Source: Candidatus Latescibacterota bacterium
GTDB taxonomy: Bacteria; Latescibacterota; UBA2968; UBA8231
Assembly: GCA_965261395.1 (NCBI GenBank)
Contig: OZ253462.1
Location: 2,208,001-2,272,000, forward strand
Direction of reading: 5' to 3'
Length of the DNA stretch: 64,000 nt
The position numbers and the translations under genes were made by a program. The notes under the pieces were generated by a model, which saw only the letters and a program-made list of their open reading frames with translations, was not told where the DNA came from and searched no databases. Below are positions 19,967 to 30,132 of the stretch, piece by piece. Numbering within the stretch: position 1 is the stretch's first letter; the number at the start of each line of letters is the position of its first letter.

Positions 19967-20701
19967 CTATTGAAACAACTGCACCGTCGGCTTGATTACC
20001 AAGAGGGGCACGCAGGCGCGGGGCGGTAGTGAGGCGACGAAGAGCGCGGCTTGGGCCAGCTCTTCAGGTTGCAGCATGGCGGCCCGGCGTTGGGCGCTGA
20101 CGGGTTCGGGCCGCTGGGCCAAAATTGGCGTCTCTACCTCGCCGGGACAGATTGCGCAGGCGCGGATGCCGGACTCGACTTCCTCTTCGTTAATCGAGTT
20201 CGTCAGCGCTACCGCCCCGTGCTTGGAGGCCGAATACGCGGCACCGGCCAGCTTGCTGGCCCGCAGGCCGGCGATGGACGAAATGGTGATGATGAGGCCG
20301 TCGTTTTTTTGCCGCATCCCCGGCAACACCACCCGCGCCATGTTGTACACCCCAGTGAGATTGATGGCAATGGTCTGGTCCCAGTCCTCGGGTGCCACGT
20401 CGCCGACTGCGCGCGGATTGGTGTTGATGCCGGCGTTGTTGACTAGGACATCGACGGCACCCCACTTGGCCTCGACGGTGGACGCTAGGGCCTCGACCGC
20501 GCTGCGGTCGGATACGTCGCAGGCGTGGAGCAGAATCCGGTCGGCATCAAGGCCAGCGGCCGCAGTGGAGAGCGGTTCAGGACGTCGCCCGACAAACGCC
20601 ACCCGCGCTCCTGCGTCGGCAAAACCGCGTGCTATAGCCGCGCCGATCCCAGTGCCCGCGCCGGTTACAACAACAACTTTATCGACGAATTGCCGCATCA
20701 T
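19967..20701 (-). CDS. SDR family oxidoreductase
   Basis: [17 protein letters not shown]. Confidence 0.92.
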   Translation of the reverse strand: MMRQFVDKVVVVTGAGTGIGAAIARGFADAGARVAFVGRRPEPLSTAAAGLDADRILLHACDVSDRSAVEALASTVEAKWGAVDVLVNNAGINTNPRAVGDVAPEDWDQTIAINLTGVYNMARVVLPGMRQKNDGLIITISSIAGLRASKLAGAAYSASKHGAVALTNSINEEEVESGIRACAICPGEVETPILAQRPEPVSAQRRAAMLQPEELAQAALFVASLPPRACVPLLVIKPTVQLFQ

Positions 20702-22167
20702 TCTGCTCCCTTTTTAAGTGCCTGTAAGCGCTGGGCTTCCTCGCGCTGCTTGTAAAACGAGTCGAGGGGAAAGCAGCCCGAAATCATGCCGTTGCGCGGC
20801 GCGGTCGTGCAATCGGAAAACGTGCGGCAGATGACGCGGCGTTGCAGTTGGCCCGTTTGCAGCACGTCGCAGGGCAGGTCGGGATAGGACAGAACCATCC
20901 GCCCTAAGCCGATAAAATCCACCATGCCTGCCCGTACGAGGGCCTGCCCCACGTGCGGCAGGTACTCCTGCAAGTAGGAATAACCCGACCCGACGAACAG
21001 GCTGCGCGGAAAGCGCGCCTTGAGCCGGGCGACCATTTCTACTTGCCGCGCCACTCCGCACAGTGGGTCTTCCGGCGGCAGGTACCCATCGGAAGGGGGA
21101 AAGAGCGCCGGTCGCTGGATGTGCGGATTGTAATAAGGGCTGCCGCAGGACAAGTTGAACAGGTCCACGCCCAAGCTCTCCAACAAGGCGATGAACTGCT
21201 CGGCCTCGCCTAAGTCCATTTGCCGTGGGTCGCCCTGATCGACCCCAAAGCCGTACTCGTAGGGCAGGCAGTTTTGATACGGCTCGGGCACTCCATGCCC
21301 CGGCTTGCCGTCGATACTCGCGTTTGGATCGGGCTGGAAGGGCACCAAGTCGAAGGCGCTCAGCCGCACGCCGATACCGAGGCCGGGTGCTCGGTTGCGG
21401 ATCCCCTCGATGATGCGGCGGACAAAGCGCGTGCGATTGGCAAACGAGCCACCAAAGGGGCCGGGCCGCGTAAACGCGCTGAGGAATTCGTGCCCTAGGT
21501 AGCCGTGGCAATGCTTGATGTCCACGAAGTGATAGCCCAGTTCATGGGCGATTTGCGCACCGGCGACGTAGCGATCGATCAACTCCTCGATATAGGCGTC
21601 CGTCAGGAGCGGATAGTCCGCGTCAAGGCCGAATTTGCGATCCAGAATCGGGTGGTGATAGAGAATGGCCGGCGCGGATTGGTCCTTGCGATAGGGCCGA
21701 CAAAACCGCCCCGAATGCGTCAGTTGCAGGCCGAGGAGCAGATCGTCGGTGGTGCCAAACTGCTCGCGGTGTGCCGACAAGAGGATGTCGCGGAGTTCGG
21801 CCATGCCAGCGCGGTTTTCCTCGCGCGCCATAAGCTGGTTCGGGTTGGCGCGGCCCTCGGGTGCCACGGCGAATGCCTCCCCGCCCCAGATGAGCTTGGC
21901 CCCGCTGCGCCCGAAATTCCGCCAGCGACGGCGCGTCAAGTCGCTCGGCTGGCCGTCTTCAGTCCCATCCCATCCCTCCATCGGCTGAATGGCAAAGCGA
22001 TTGCCGATGCGGATGCCGCCGGGGTACGCGGCTTGGGCCAGCGGGGAAGAGGGTGCGGTTTCGATCTGGTCGTCGCAGGGCAATTCCGCGCCCAAATGGG
22101 CCAAGTGGGCGCGAAAGTCCGCTGCCCGCTTAAAGCTGGAGATGCGCGGATAGCGCGTCTTGGCCAT
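20698..22167 (-). CDS. NADH:flavin oxidoreductase (old yellow enzyme family)
   Basis: [43 protein letters not shown]. True start is MAKTRY at 22167, overlapping the lgt stop. Confidence 0.9.
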   Translation of the reverse strand: MAKTRYPRISSFKRAADFRAHLAHLGAELPCDDQIETAPSSPLAQAAYPGGIRIGNRFAIQPMEGWDGTEDGQPSDLTRRRWRNFGRSGAKLIWGGEAFAVAPEGRANPNQLMAREENRAGMAELRDILLSAHREQFGTTDDLLLGLQLTHSGRFCRPYRKDQSAPAILYHHPILDRKFGLDADYPLLTDAYIEELIDRYVAGAQIAHELGYHFVDIKHCHGYLGHEFLSAFTRPGPFGGSFANRTRFVRRIIEGIRNRAPGLGIGVRLSAFDLVPFQPDPNASIDGKPGHGVPEPYQNCLPYEYGFGVDQGDPRQMDLGEAEQFIALLESLGVDLFNLSCGSPYYNPHIQRPALFPPSDGYLPPEDPLCGVARQVEMVARLKARFPRSLFVGSGYSYLQEYLPHVGQALVRAGMVDFIGLGRMVLSYPDLPCDVLQTGQLQRRVICRTFSDCTTAPRNGMISGCFPLDSFYKQREEAQRLQALKKGAE

Positions 22168-22919
22168 TAAGAGGCCTCCCGGCGTTGCAGGTACAGCATC
22201 AGCCCCAAACCGAAGGCAATCATGGCGAGGCTGAGGAGCTGGGCTTGGCTCAGGCCCCACAGTACGCGCGGGTTGACCCGAATGAACTCCACCAAGAACC
22301 GCGCTAGTCCGGCGAGGATGAGATAGAAGCTGAACGACAGACCCGGGGGCTTGAAGCGGGTCCGCATCTTCCACAAGAAGGCAGCGATCCCCAAGTGGGC
22401 GAGGGTTTCGTACACGGGAGCGGGATGGACCTTTTCAAGGGTTGGCACCACCCCGTTGGGATAGGCCATGCCCCAGGGAAGATCCGTCGGCACCCCGTAG
22501 TCGCCATCGCCGGCGAGCTGGCAGCCGATCCGCCCGATCCCGTAGCCCACGGCAATTGCAATGCCCAACGAGTCGGCGACTTGGCCCAGCGGCGCACTGT
22601 GGCGGCGAATTTGCCACAGCGTGCCGGCAGTGGCGACGACAAATCCCCCGTACCAAGTCAAGCCGTAGCCAGAAAACAGCAGGTCGAACACCTCATCCCA
22701 GGTCTCAGGCGACGTTTCAAATAGCACAAAGTAGAGCTTGGCTCCGACGATCCCGCCGACCATGCAGGTGGTGACAATCGTCGATCCCAGCTCGTCGTGT
22801 AGCCCTTGGCGCTTGAACTCGCGGTTGAGCACACGCAGGGCCGCCAAGAAACCAAGGGCGACCATGAGGCCAAACGTGCCGATGCTAATGGGGCCGATCT
22901 CGAATAGGTAGGGATACAT
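22167..22919 (-). CDS. lgt: Prolipoprotein diacylglyceryl transferase
   Basis: [52 protein letters not shown]. Confidence 0.9.
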   Translation of the reverse strand: MYPYLFEIGPISIGTFGLMVALGFLAALRVLNREFKRQGLHDELGSTIVTTCMVGGIVGAKLYFVLFETSPETWDEVFDLLFSGYGLTWYGGFVVATAGTLWQIRRHSAPLGQVADSLGIAIAVGYGIGRIGCQLAGDGDYGVPTDLPWGMAYPNGVVPTLEKVHPAPVYETLAHLGIAAFLWKMRTRFKPPGLSFSFYLILAGLARFLVEFIRVNPRVLWGLSQAQLLSLAMIAFGLGLMLYLQRREAS

Positions 22920-22921
22920 AA

Positions 22922-25900
22922 TCAGATGTTTTTGCGGCCCAGCGCCTCGATCTGTCGCTTAAGTGCTGCGGCGATCTCGTAGTAGATCTCATAGGGACTC
23001 AACGCCTCGGCGCGCCCTTTGAAAGAGGTCGTTTCTAGGGGGGGGCCAAAAAGCAGGCGCAAAGGGTGACGCGCTGGTGTGCGCGTCCCCTTGGGCAAGG
23101 CTTCGCGGGTGCCGGCAATGTGCAGGGGCACTACGGGCATGTCCAGCTCGTAGGCCAAAAGCCCCACGCCCGCCTTAAACGGCTGTAGCTGATCGTTGAC
23201 TGAGCGCGTGCCTTCGGGAAAGACCAGCAGCGGGCGGCGCACCCCCATCAATTGCCGCGCCCGCACCAAGCCGGCGGCAAAATCACCGTGGCCGTCGAAG
23301 GGGACGGCGTTGGCAAAGGTGTACAAAAACCAGCGCAGCTCGGAGTCGGCAAGGTAATGCTCGCTGGTTGCGATATTGAGGTGATCTACATGGGAGCGCA
23401 CGGCTGAGTACACGCAAGCACCGTCGAGGTGGCTGGCGTGGTTGGCGGCAATCAGGTAGGGCCGATCTTGTGGCAAGTGCTCTAGGCCACCGGCCCGGAG
23501 GTCGAAAAAGCGGCGGAACAAGGGGCCGCCGGCCTCCCACAGGAATTCTTGCAGCATCTTTTTGCCGGCCTCGCTCTCTGGCTCGGCACTCGGCTCGGCC
23601 TGCAAGATGCCCGACCAGTACGCCGGCGACTGCTCCACCTCCCAGTCCACCCCATCGCTCAAGTGAGCCTCCAGCCGCGCCAAGACGCTGCGGAGCGTGT
23701 CCTGTGGCTGCAAAAGTCCATCGACTTGGACCCCCAGCCGCTGGCCGAGCCACGCGGCGAACTCCACTGCCATCAGCGAATCCAACAAGGTGTCGAGCGG
23801 CGCGTCTATGTGAGCTGCTACCTCCCCAGTGCTCAGACCAGCGAGCAGGCCGATTTGGCACTGGATCGCCCGCTCCCATTGCGGCAGGGCCGTGTCTGGG
23901 CAGTCTTCGCGCTCGATGGCGGTCAACAGGGTTTGGCGGTCTACGGTGCCGTCGTCCAGCCTTGGCAGCGGTTGGGTCCAAAAGTGCAGGCGTTGGATCC
24001 GCTGGTGGCTGGGCAAGGTGCGCGAAATCTCGTATGAGCGCGCTTGGATGGCCTCGCGCAGGGCTTCGACTTCCTCGGAGTCGCGGTTGATTACGGCCAC
24101 GCCGCGCACTTCTTCACCTTCGGTGCGAGCCGAGGGCACGCCGACCACGGTCAGCTCGGCCACGTGCGGCAGTCCGTGGTAGAGCAATTCGATTTCGCGT
24201 GGATAGACGTTGTGGCCTGCTCCATTGACGATCAGGTCTTTGCTCCGCCCCTCGACGAAGAGATAGCCGTCGTCTAGGCGGCCGACATCGCCGGTGTGTA
24301 GCCACCCGTCGCGCAACACCGCTTGGGTCAGTTCTTCTTGGGAAAGGTACCCCTCCATGACGTTGGCACCCCGCACCAACACCTCGCCGACGCCGCGCTC
24401 GTCTGGCTCGGCGATCTGCACTTGCTGCCCAGGCAGCACCTGCCCCACCGACCGGGCTTTGCCCTGCTTAGGCACGTTGACCGCCACGATCGAGGCCGCT
24501 TCGCTCAGGCCATAGCCTTGGCAAATCGCCACGCCGAGACGCTCGTAAGCGTCGAGGAGGTCGTCGGACAGGGTTGCGCCGACGCTGACGACCCGCCTCA
24601 GAGCCGCTAGTGCAGCCGTGGCCTCCGTGGCCTCGGCCCCGAGGCGCTCGACGCGGTCGGCCAAGACGCGCAACAGGCGCGGCGCGGTCAACAGCATGGT
24701 CGTACCCGTATCGTGCAGGGCGCGGAGCATCTCGCGGCTGTTGACGGCCTCTAAATACGTGATGGTGGCCCCGCTGAGCAGCGGCAGCAGCAAGCCGCCC
24801 GTGAATTCGAGGACTTGGTGCAGGGGCAGGGTCGAGAGCATGCGGTCGGATTCGTAGATGCCCAGCACTTCGCCTTGGGCTAGGACGTTGCAGATGAGAT
24901 TGCGATGGCTCAACACCACTCCGCGCGGCTCGATGACCGAGGTAAAGAGGATCGACGCTGTGGCGTCTGGCCCGACCCGCGGCGACTTCCAGCGGCTGGC
25001 TCCGCCGGCTGCGGCCGGCTCGGGAGCGTGCCCGAACGGCAGACCGTCGCGATCTACATTGAAAAAGGCCATCTCCTTGTGGGCAGCTACGCCCTCGGGC
25101 GAGAGCAGGGAAAAGCGCTTTTCCGCCGCAATTAGCGCCCGTGCTTGGACAAAGTCGCACAGTGCCCAGATGTCTTCCTCGCGCGTCTGCGGGTCGATGG
25201 GCACGACCGCTAGCCCGAGCAGGCTGGCCGCCATGTAGGCGATGACCCACTCCGGCCCGTTGTCCCCGCACAGCAGAACCCGCGCATCGGCCGACACGCC
25301 CTGCGCTTGCCAACTGCGCGCCATGCACTCGGCGCGAGTGAGCAACTCGTCGTAGCTGATCCGCGTCCAGCCGGCGCGGCGTTCGATTTGCAAGGCCGTT
25401 CTGGCGGCGTAGCGGCCGCAGGCCCAGCGCAACAGGTCCGGGATCGTGCGGATGCTTTCCTCGATGCGCCAGCGCTGTTCCTCGCCCCCCACTTCGCTCG
25501 GAGCCGCGCTCAACGGCTCGCGGTCGTCGTCGGTTCCGCCCAGTTCGTGGCGCCGCAGGCCGGGCAGGTGGGTCCTTTGATAATATTGATACCAGTCAAT
25601 CCGCCGCACGTCCATGTTGAAGATTCGCTGCTCTTCGGGGGACAGCGACTCGTAGAGGGCCAACATGCGCTTGGTTTCATAGCGGCAGTCGAGGGTCGTG
25701 TACGGGCTGAATAAGTCGGTGAAGTACTGGACGCGCTTGAGTCGCGTCTTAAGCGCGGCCAAGCGGCGTTTTTTCTGGGCCGGTGCCCAGCGCTCGGGCA
25801 GGTACTCGTAGAGCTTTTGCTTTATCTCCAGAGGATAGAGGTACTTCCAGTTGAAGGCGCGCTGGAAGCGGGCCACCGTCGGGAAGGTCCAATCCACTAG

Positions 25901-27124
25901 CTCGGGCCGCGAGCCGTCTTTGTTGAGGAGGGGGTGTTCCTCAAAGTAGCCTTTTACGTACTTGAACATCCGGGTGTTGGGCAGTGGGTTTTCCTCGCTG
26001 GTTGCCGCGTGGAATACCTCCACTTTAGAGGCCGTGGCCTGCGTGGCCGCGGCCAGCACGGTATTGACGACGATGTCCACGGGCACCAAGTCCATGGGCG
26101 CACCGCCTGCGGCCGGGAAGTCCGGGACAATCCCCCGCCCGTAGGCCACGATTAGTGGATCGGTTACTTTGAGGCCGTGGATCCAGCCTGGATGTGGATC
26201 TTCGAGCGCGCCTTCGGTGACGCTGGGCCGCACGATGGCCAGCGGCACTTGGTCGCGGTGCTTGACGAGTAGCTGTTCGCCCATGGCTTTGGTAAAAGTG
26301 TACACGTCATTCCAGCCATGCTGCCGCGCTCGGCGCATCCCCTCCTCGACCAGCTCGCGCTCGATCCAGCGGCGACAGCGGTCGTCAACCAGCTTTTGCA
26401 AGCGGCTGTCAGAAAGTTTGCGGCTATGGCTCTGCTCGACGATCTCGTGGCGGAATGCTTGCTGTTGCTCGGCGCTTTGCGCTTGGGCGCGGATTGCACG
26501 GCAGCGGGCTTGCGCTTGGGCGATCTCTTCTTCGGGGACGAAAGGCTGTGGAGGCGTGTTGCCGTCGATCAGGTGTTGAATAGTGCGATTGATCGGAAGT
26601 GTTTGCTCGGGGATGGTGCCAGTGAGGCGGCCGTTGACGTATGCGGTTGATACGTGTACTAAGACGGGCTTTTTGCGGCCTTCGCGGGCCAGCCGCAAAA
26701 GCTCCTGAGGTGCCAAGGTGTTGAATTGGATCGCCGAGTCGAGCGGTTCGTCAAAGGTGACGCTAGCCGCATTGCCGATGATGAGGTCAACTTCCGCTAG
26801 CAGCTCGTCGCGGGATGCGTCGTCTAGCCCGAGGCCTGGCTGCCGCATGTCGCAGGCGAGGGCGCGCACCTTCTGTCGCACCGCGGCAAAGGCGGCTGGC
26901 TCCTCGCGGCGAAAGCGGTCGAAGACGACTAGCTTGAAAAGCTCGTCTAGCCGCTCCTCTACCGGCAGCGCGGCCCCGCCAGGACTCCGACCGGGCCGCA
27001 ACACGAGGTACAAGCACCGCACGCCGGGCAAATAGCGCAGGATCTTGGCCGTCAGCCCCTGCCCGTAAAACCCGGTGCCGCCGGTCAGCAACACGGTGCG
27101 GTCCTGATAGAATTCTCTGATCAT
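22922..27124 (-). CDS. ElbD-like multidomain lipid enzyme: fatty acyl reductase + AMP-binding domain + ACP + PlsC-type acyltransferase
   Basis: FAR motifs TGGTGFYG, HVSTAYV, YTFTK, IVRPS, DLVPVD; adenylation motifs YGLSE, GWLHTGDVG, GRSKDLI; carrier LDSLMAVE; acyltransferase NHASHLD and FPEGTRS. Start taken as MIREFY at 27124. Confidence 0.9.
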   Translation of the reverse strand: MIREFYQDRTVLLTGGTGFYGQGLTAKILRYLPGVRCLYLVLRPGRSPGGAALPVEERLDELFKLVVFDRFRREEPAAFAAVRQKVRALACDMRQPGLGLDDASRDELLAEVDLIIGNAASVTFDEPLDSAIQFNTLAPQELLRLAREGRKKPVLVHVSTAYVNGRLTGTIPEQTLPINRTIQHLIDGNTPPQPFVPEEEIAQAQARCRAIRAQAQSAEQQQAFRHEIVEQSHSRKLSDSRLQKLVDDRCRRWIERELVEEGMRRARQHGWNDVYTFTKAMGEQLLVKHRDQVPLAIVRPSVTEGALEDPHPGWIHGLKVTDPLIVAYGRGIVPDFPAAGGAPMDLVPVDIVVNTVLAAATQATASKVEVFHAATSEENPLPNTRMFKYVKGYFEEHPLLNKDGSRPELVDWTFPTVARFQRAFNWKYLYPLEIKQKLYEYLPERWAPAQKKRRLAALKTRLKRVQYFTDLFSPYTTLDCRYETKRMLALYESLSPEEQRIFNMDVRRIDWYQYYQRTHLPGLRRHELGGTDDDREPLSAAPSEVGGEEQRWRIEESIRTIPDLLRWACGRYAARTALQIERRAGWTRISYDELLTRAECMARSWQAQGVSADARVLLCGDNGPEWVIAYMAASLLGLAVVPIDPQTREEDIWALCDFVQARALIAAEKRFSLLSPEGVAAHKEMAFFNVDRDGLPFGHAPEPAAAGGASRWKSPRVGPDATASILFTSVIEPRGVVLSHRNLICNVLAQGEVLGIYESDRMLSTLPLHQVLEFTGGLLLPLLSGATITYLEAVNSREMLRALHDTGTTMLLTAPRLLRVLADRVERLGAEATEATAALAALRRVVSVGATLSDDLLDAYERLGVAICQGYGLSEAASIVAVNVPKQGKARSVGQVLPGQQVQIAEPDERGVGEVLVRGANVMEGYLSQEELTQAVLRDGWLHTGDVGRLDDGYLFVEGRSKDLIVNGAGHNVYPREIELLYHGLPHVAELTVVGVPSARTEGEEVRGVAVINRDSEEVEALREAIQARSYEISRTLPSHQRIQRLHFWTQPLPRLDDGTVDRQTLLTAIEREDCPDTALPQWERAIQCQIGLLAGLSTGEVAAHIDAPLDTLLDSLMAVEFAAWLGQRLGVQVDGLLQPQDTLRSVLARLEAHLSDGVDWEVEQSPAYWSGILQAEPSAEPESEAGKKMLQEFLWEAGGPLFRRFFDLRAGGLEHLPQDRPYLIAANHASHLDGACVYSAVRSHVDHLNIATSEHYLADSELRWFLYTFANAVPFDGHGDFAAGLVRARQLMGVRRPLLVFPEGTRSVNDQLQPFKAGVGLLAYELDMPVVPLHIAGTREALPKGTRTPARHPLRLLFGPPLETTSFKGRAEALSPYEIYYEIAAALKRQIEALGRKNI

Positions 27125-27134
27125 GGCGGAAACG

Positions 27135-27182
27135 GAAAAAAGCCCCATCCTGTGCAGCGAGTGGCCCGTCAGGACAGGGCTT
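27135..27182 (-). terminator. Terminator-like hairpin immediately upstream of the ElbD-like start
   Basis: Minus strand AAGCCCTGTCCTG-(17 nt)-CAGGATGGGGCTT-TTTT. The 13-bp stem has two G-U pairs that only form on the minus-strand RNA. Confidence 0.6.
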
Positions 27183-27227
27183 AAAATGCTGTAATATAGA
27201 AGGCGGGGTGCCCTCCCACAAGGAGGC

Positions 27228-27374
27228 TCACTGCGCGGGACGCTTGGGATCGCGGCCCTTGCTATCGCGCCGATTTCGGTCTAGCCCTTGCTTGGTGATA
27301 TAGGGGTGTTCGACCTGTTTTTCCAGTTCGCGGCGCTGGTCGGCCCAATCGATGTCTCGTTTTCGCTTGGCCAT
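27228..27374 (-). CDS. Small basic hypothetical protein (48 aa)
   Basis: Manual translation MAKRKRDIDWADQRRELEKQVEHPYITKQGLDRNRRDSKGRDPKRPAQ, below the ORF-track cutoff. AT-rich leader upstream, hairpins downstream. Confidence 0.6.
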   Translation of the reverse strand: MAKRKRDIDWADQRRELEKQVEHPYITKQGLDRNRRDSKGRDPKRPAQ

Positions 27375-27439
27375 GTTTTGATATTATCTTTGTTATCTAG
27401 GTTAATCTATGCGCAGGACGGGACGGGACAACCCAAGCT

Positions 27440-28345
27440 ATGTCCAAACACTGGGTCTTGATAGCTAATCCAACGGCGGGCAACGCCCGCGCCCGCAGCG
27501 TCGCCGAGCAAGCATCTTTGGCTATACAAGCCGCCGGCCAAGCGGTCGAATTGCGCTACACGCGGGCCAAGGGCCACGGAACCGAACTGGCGCGGCAGGC
27601 CGTGGCCGAGGGCGCTGAGCGGCTCGTGGTCTGCGGCGGTGACGGCACCATCGGCGAGACACTTGCGCCCCTCGCCGGTTCGCACACGGCCTTGGGGCTA
27701 CTGCCCTGTGGCACGTGCAACGACTTGGCCCGCGCCCTCGCCGTGCCGTTGCGCGTAGAAGCGGCCATAGACAATCTGCTCCGTGGCGAGGTGCGCGCCA
27801 TAGACTTGGGGCGGGCTGGCGACCGCTTCTTCGCCACAATTGCCGCCTTTGGCTTTGACGCCGAAGTCAACCGCCGCATGGAAAGCGCCCAAGGGCCTCT
27901 GTCCGGGCGGCCCCGCTATATCTTGGAAGCGTTGCGGCACATCGTTCGCTACCAGCCAATTCGGGTCCGCCTTTGCGGCGATTTCGGGGAGATTGAGCAA
28001 GAGGTGCTGCAAGTATCTACCGCCAATGCGCGGAACTATGGAGGCAATCTGTGCGTTGCCCCAGATGCCGACCTCGGCGATGGCCTCTTCGATGTGGTCG
28101 TCGTCGATGCGGTGCCACGGCGGGCGATCTTATCGCTGATGCTCCGCCTCTTTTGGCAAGCACACGTCCGCCATTCAGCCGTGCGCGTCGAGCGCACGGC
28201 CCGCCTAACGCTGCACACCGACGCGCCGCACCGCGTATATGCGGACGGCGACTATCTAGATCAGACGCCGCTCGTGCTGGAAATTAGCCCGGCGGCTCTG
28301 CGGGTGGTGGTGCCGAGTTCTTGCTCGCAAGGGGTGCGTTGCTGA
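27440..28345 (+). CDS. Diacylglycerol kinase family lipid kinase (YegS/DgkB-like)
   Basis: ANPTAG, CGGDGT, LPCGTCNDLA, GFDA, YGG, ADGD. Confidence 0.9.
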   Translation: MSKHWVLIANPTAGNARARSVAEQASLAIQAAGQAVELRYTRAKGHGTELARQAVAEGAERLVVCGGDGTIGETLAPLAGSHTALGLLPCGTCNDLARALAVPLRVEAAIDNLLRGEVRAIDLGRAGDRFFATIAAFGFDAEVNRRMESAQGPLSGRPRYILEALRHIVRYQPIRVRLCGDFGEIEQEVLQVSTANARNYGGNLCVAPDADLGDGLFDVVVVDAVPRRAILSLMLRLFWQAHVRHSAVRVERTARLTLHTDAPHRVYADGDYLDQTPLVLEISPAALRVVVPSSCSQGVRC

Positions 28346-28395
28346 TATTGCCCAAGGGGCGGCATTTCAATTACGACTTATTACACAACGTTTTT

Positions 28396-29373
28396 ATGGC
28401 TACCCGAGCACAGCAAATACGCCTTGGCATCTTCTTCTTGGTTTCGCTCTCCGTCCTCGCGCTGTTCTTCTTCGTCGTCGCCGGCAGCCATCTCCTGAGC
28501 CAGCGCGATACCTATTACATCGAGTCCAACTCGCCCGTCAGCGGCCTCAACAAAGGCGCGGACGTCAAGTACTTGGGTTTTAGTATTGGCCGAGTCGAGG
28601 ACATTGCGATCGCGCAGGATCATCTCTCTACTTTGGTAATCGAGATTTCGATCGAGAGGCGGCGGGCCGCAAACGCCATCCGCACCGACACGCAAGCGCG
28701 CATGGCCTCGTTGGGGATCACCGGCCTGAAGTTCATCGAGCTTTTCGGCGGCAGCGACGACGCTTCAGTCCTCCCTCCGGGGTCCACCATTGTCGCGGGT
28801 GATACTTTTTTTAGCAGCATGCAAGAGCGTGCCGAAGTGCTCAGCATCAAGGTGGAGCAAACCATCGACAACCTAAACGCGTTGTTCAGCAGCGAAAACC
28901 AGCGCGTCTTCACCGAGACGCTGAACAACGCGGGCAATCTGCTGGCCACGGCCAACGCGCTGGTCGAGGACAACCGCTCCGCATTCGACGAGACCGCGGC
29001 CAATATGGTTGCCACCAGCCGCTCGTTCGCCAAGACCAGCGCGACGTTGGAGACGACGGTCGATTCCCTGCACGCCTTACTCGTGGGCGCGAAGCTGCAA
29101 CAGACGGTTGACGACCTGCAAGTGACGATGCACAAGTTGCGCCAGCAAATGGACGGCCCGGTTCCCTTGCTTATCGCGCGGATGGACACCGTGATGGGCC
29201 ATATTGACCGGACCTTTGTGGGCATCGACCAGACCGTGGGGGCCAGCCGACAGAATCTCCTGCGCGCCATGCGGGAACTGGAGGAAACTTTGCAGAATAT
29301 CCGCGAAACCACCGAACTAATCCGCGAGAATCCCGCGGTACTCATCCGAGGTCGCAGTGGTGGGACCCAATAG
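28396..29373 (+). CDS. MlaD/MCE family protein with long helical C-terminus
   Basis: N-terminal TM, VSGLNKGADVKYLGFSIGRV, GITGLKFIEL, C-terminal ENPAVLIRG. Confidence 0.9.
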   Translation: MATRAQQIRLGIFFLVSLSVLALFFFVVAGSHLLSQRDTYYIESNSPVSGLNKGADVKYLGFSIGRVEDIAIAQDHLSTLVIEISIERRRAANAIRTDTQARMASLGITGLKFIELFGGSDDASVLPPGSTIVAGDTFFSSMQERAEVLSIKVEQTIDNLNALFSSENQRVFTETLNNAGNLLATANALVEDNRSAFDETAANMVATSRSFAKTSATLETTVDSLHALLVGAKLQQTVDDLQVTMHKLRQQMDGPVPLLIARMDTVMGHIDRTFVGIDQTVGASRQNLLRAMRELEETLQNIRETTELIRENPAVLIRGRSGGTQ

Positions 29374-30124
29374 CCGAATTCGCCGCTGCGGTCAGGCCAT
29401 CATCTTGGCCGCCGCTCTATCCGGCTGCGCCCAGTTGCTAGGCGGCGACGCTAAGCTGCTGCAACGGCGCTATTTCAAGTTGGATATCGAACCCTTGCGC
29501 GGTAGCTTGGAAGGTTCCGAGCGTCCGTACCCTTTCCGATTGCAGGTCAAGGGCTTTGAGGCGCCCCGAGCGTATGACCGCACCCACATCATCCACCGCC
29601 GAGACCAGTACGAACTGCAGCTCGACAACCTCCACCACTGGATGGAGCGCCCCGGCGACATGATTACCGACGCGGTCAAGCAGTACTTGCGCCAAGCTGA
29701 CCTCTTTACCTATGTCGGCGGAGATGGCGATTTTTTCGAGCACCGCCCGGATTACGTGCTCGGCGGCTCAGTCAAAGCCATCGAGCGCTTCGACAGCGGC
29801 GACTTGTGGGCAGCCCATCTCGTTATGACGATGGAACTGGTTAGGCAGGACGATGGCAAAGTTATATGGCAGGACGATTTCGACGAGGAGAAACAGGTGT
29901 TTTCCCCGGCCATGATACACACGGTAGCCGCGTTGAGCGGGATTTTGGGCCAGCGGATGAAGAAGGCGATCAGGGAGATTGACTTCAAGTTCAGCAACAA
30001 GCAGCGGCCCATGCCCATCGCGCCCATTGCATCCGACGAGGAAATCGCCCCAGCGGCCCGAGATACAGTGCTGCAAACCGAAGCCGGTCACTACGAACTC
30101 ATACCGGGAAAGCTGGCCCCCTAG
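29357..30124 (+). CDS. ABC-type transport auxiliary lipoprotein (PqiC-like)
   Basis: Lipobox LSGC, YDRTHIIHR, HHWMERP; lies directly after the MCE gene. Confidence 0.8.
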   Translation: MVGPNSRIRRCGQAIILAAALSGCAQLLGGDAKLLQRRYFKLDIEPLRGSLEGSERPYPFRLQVKGFEAPRAYDRTHIIHRRDQYELQLDNLHHWMERPGDMITDAVKQYLRQADLFTYVGGDGDFFEHRPDYVLGGSVKAIERFDSGDLWAAHLVMTMELVRQDDGKVIWQDDFDEEKQVFSPAMIHTVAALSGILGQRMKKAIREIDFKFSNKQRPMPIAPIASDEEIAPAARDTVLQTEAGHYELIPGKLAP

Positions 30125-30132
30125 GACTTGGC

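Noticed and set aside
20698-22374. 558-aa version of the flavin oxidoreductase
   Set aside because: The extra N-terminal 69 aa overlap lgt in another frame. The real start is 22167. Similar over-extensions were trimmed for mlaF, folA, aspC and the MCE gene.
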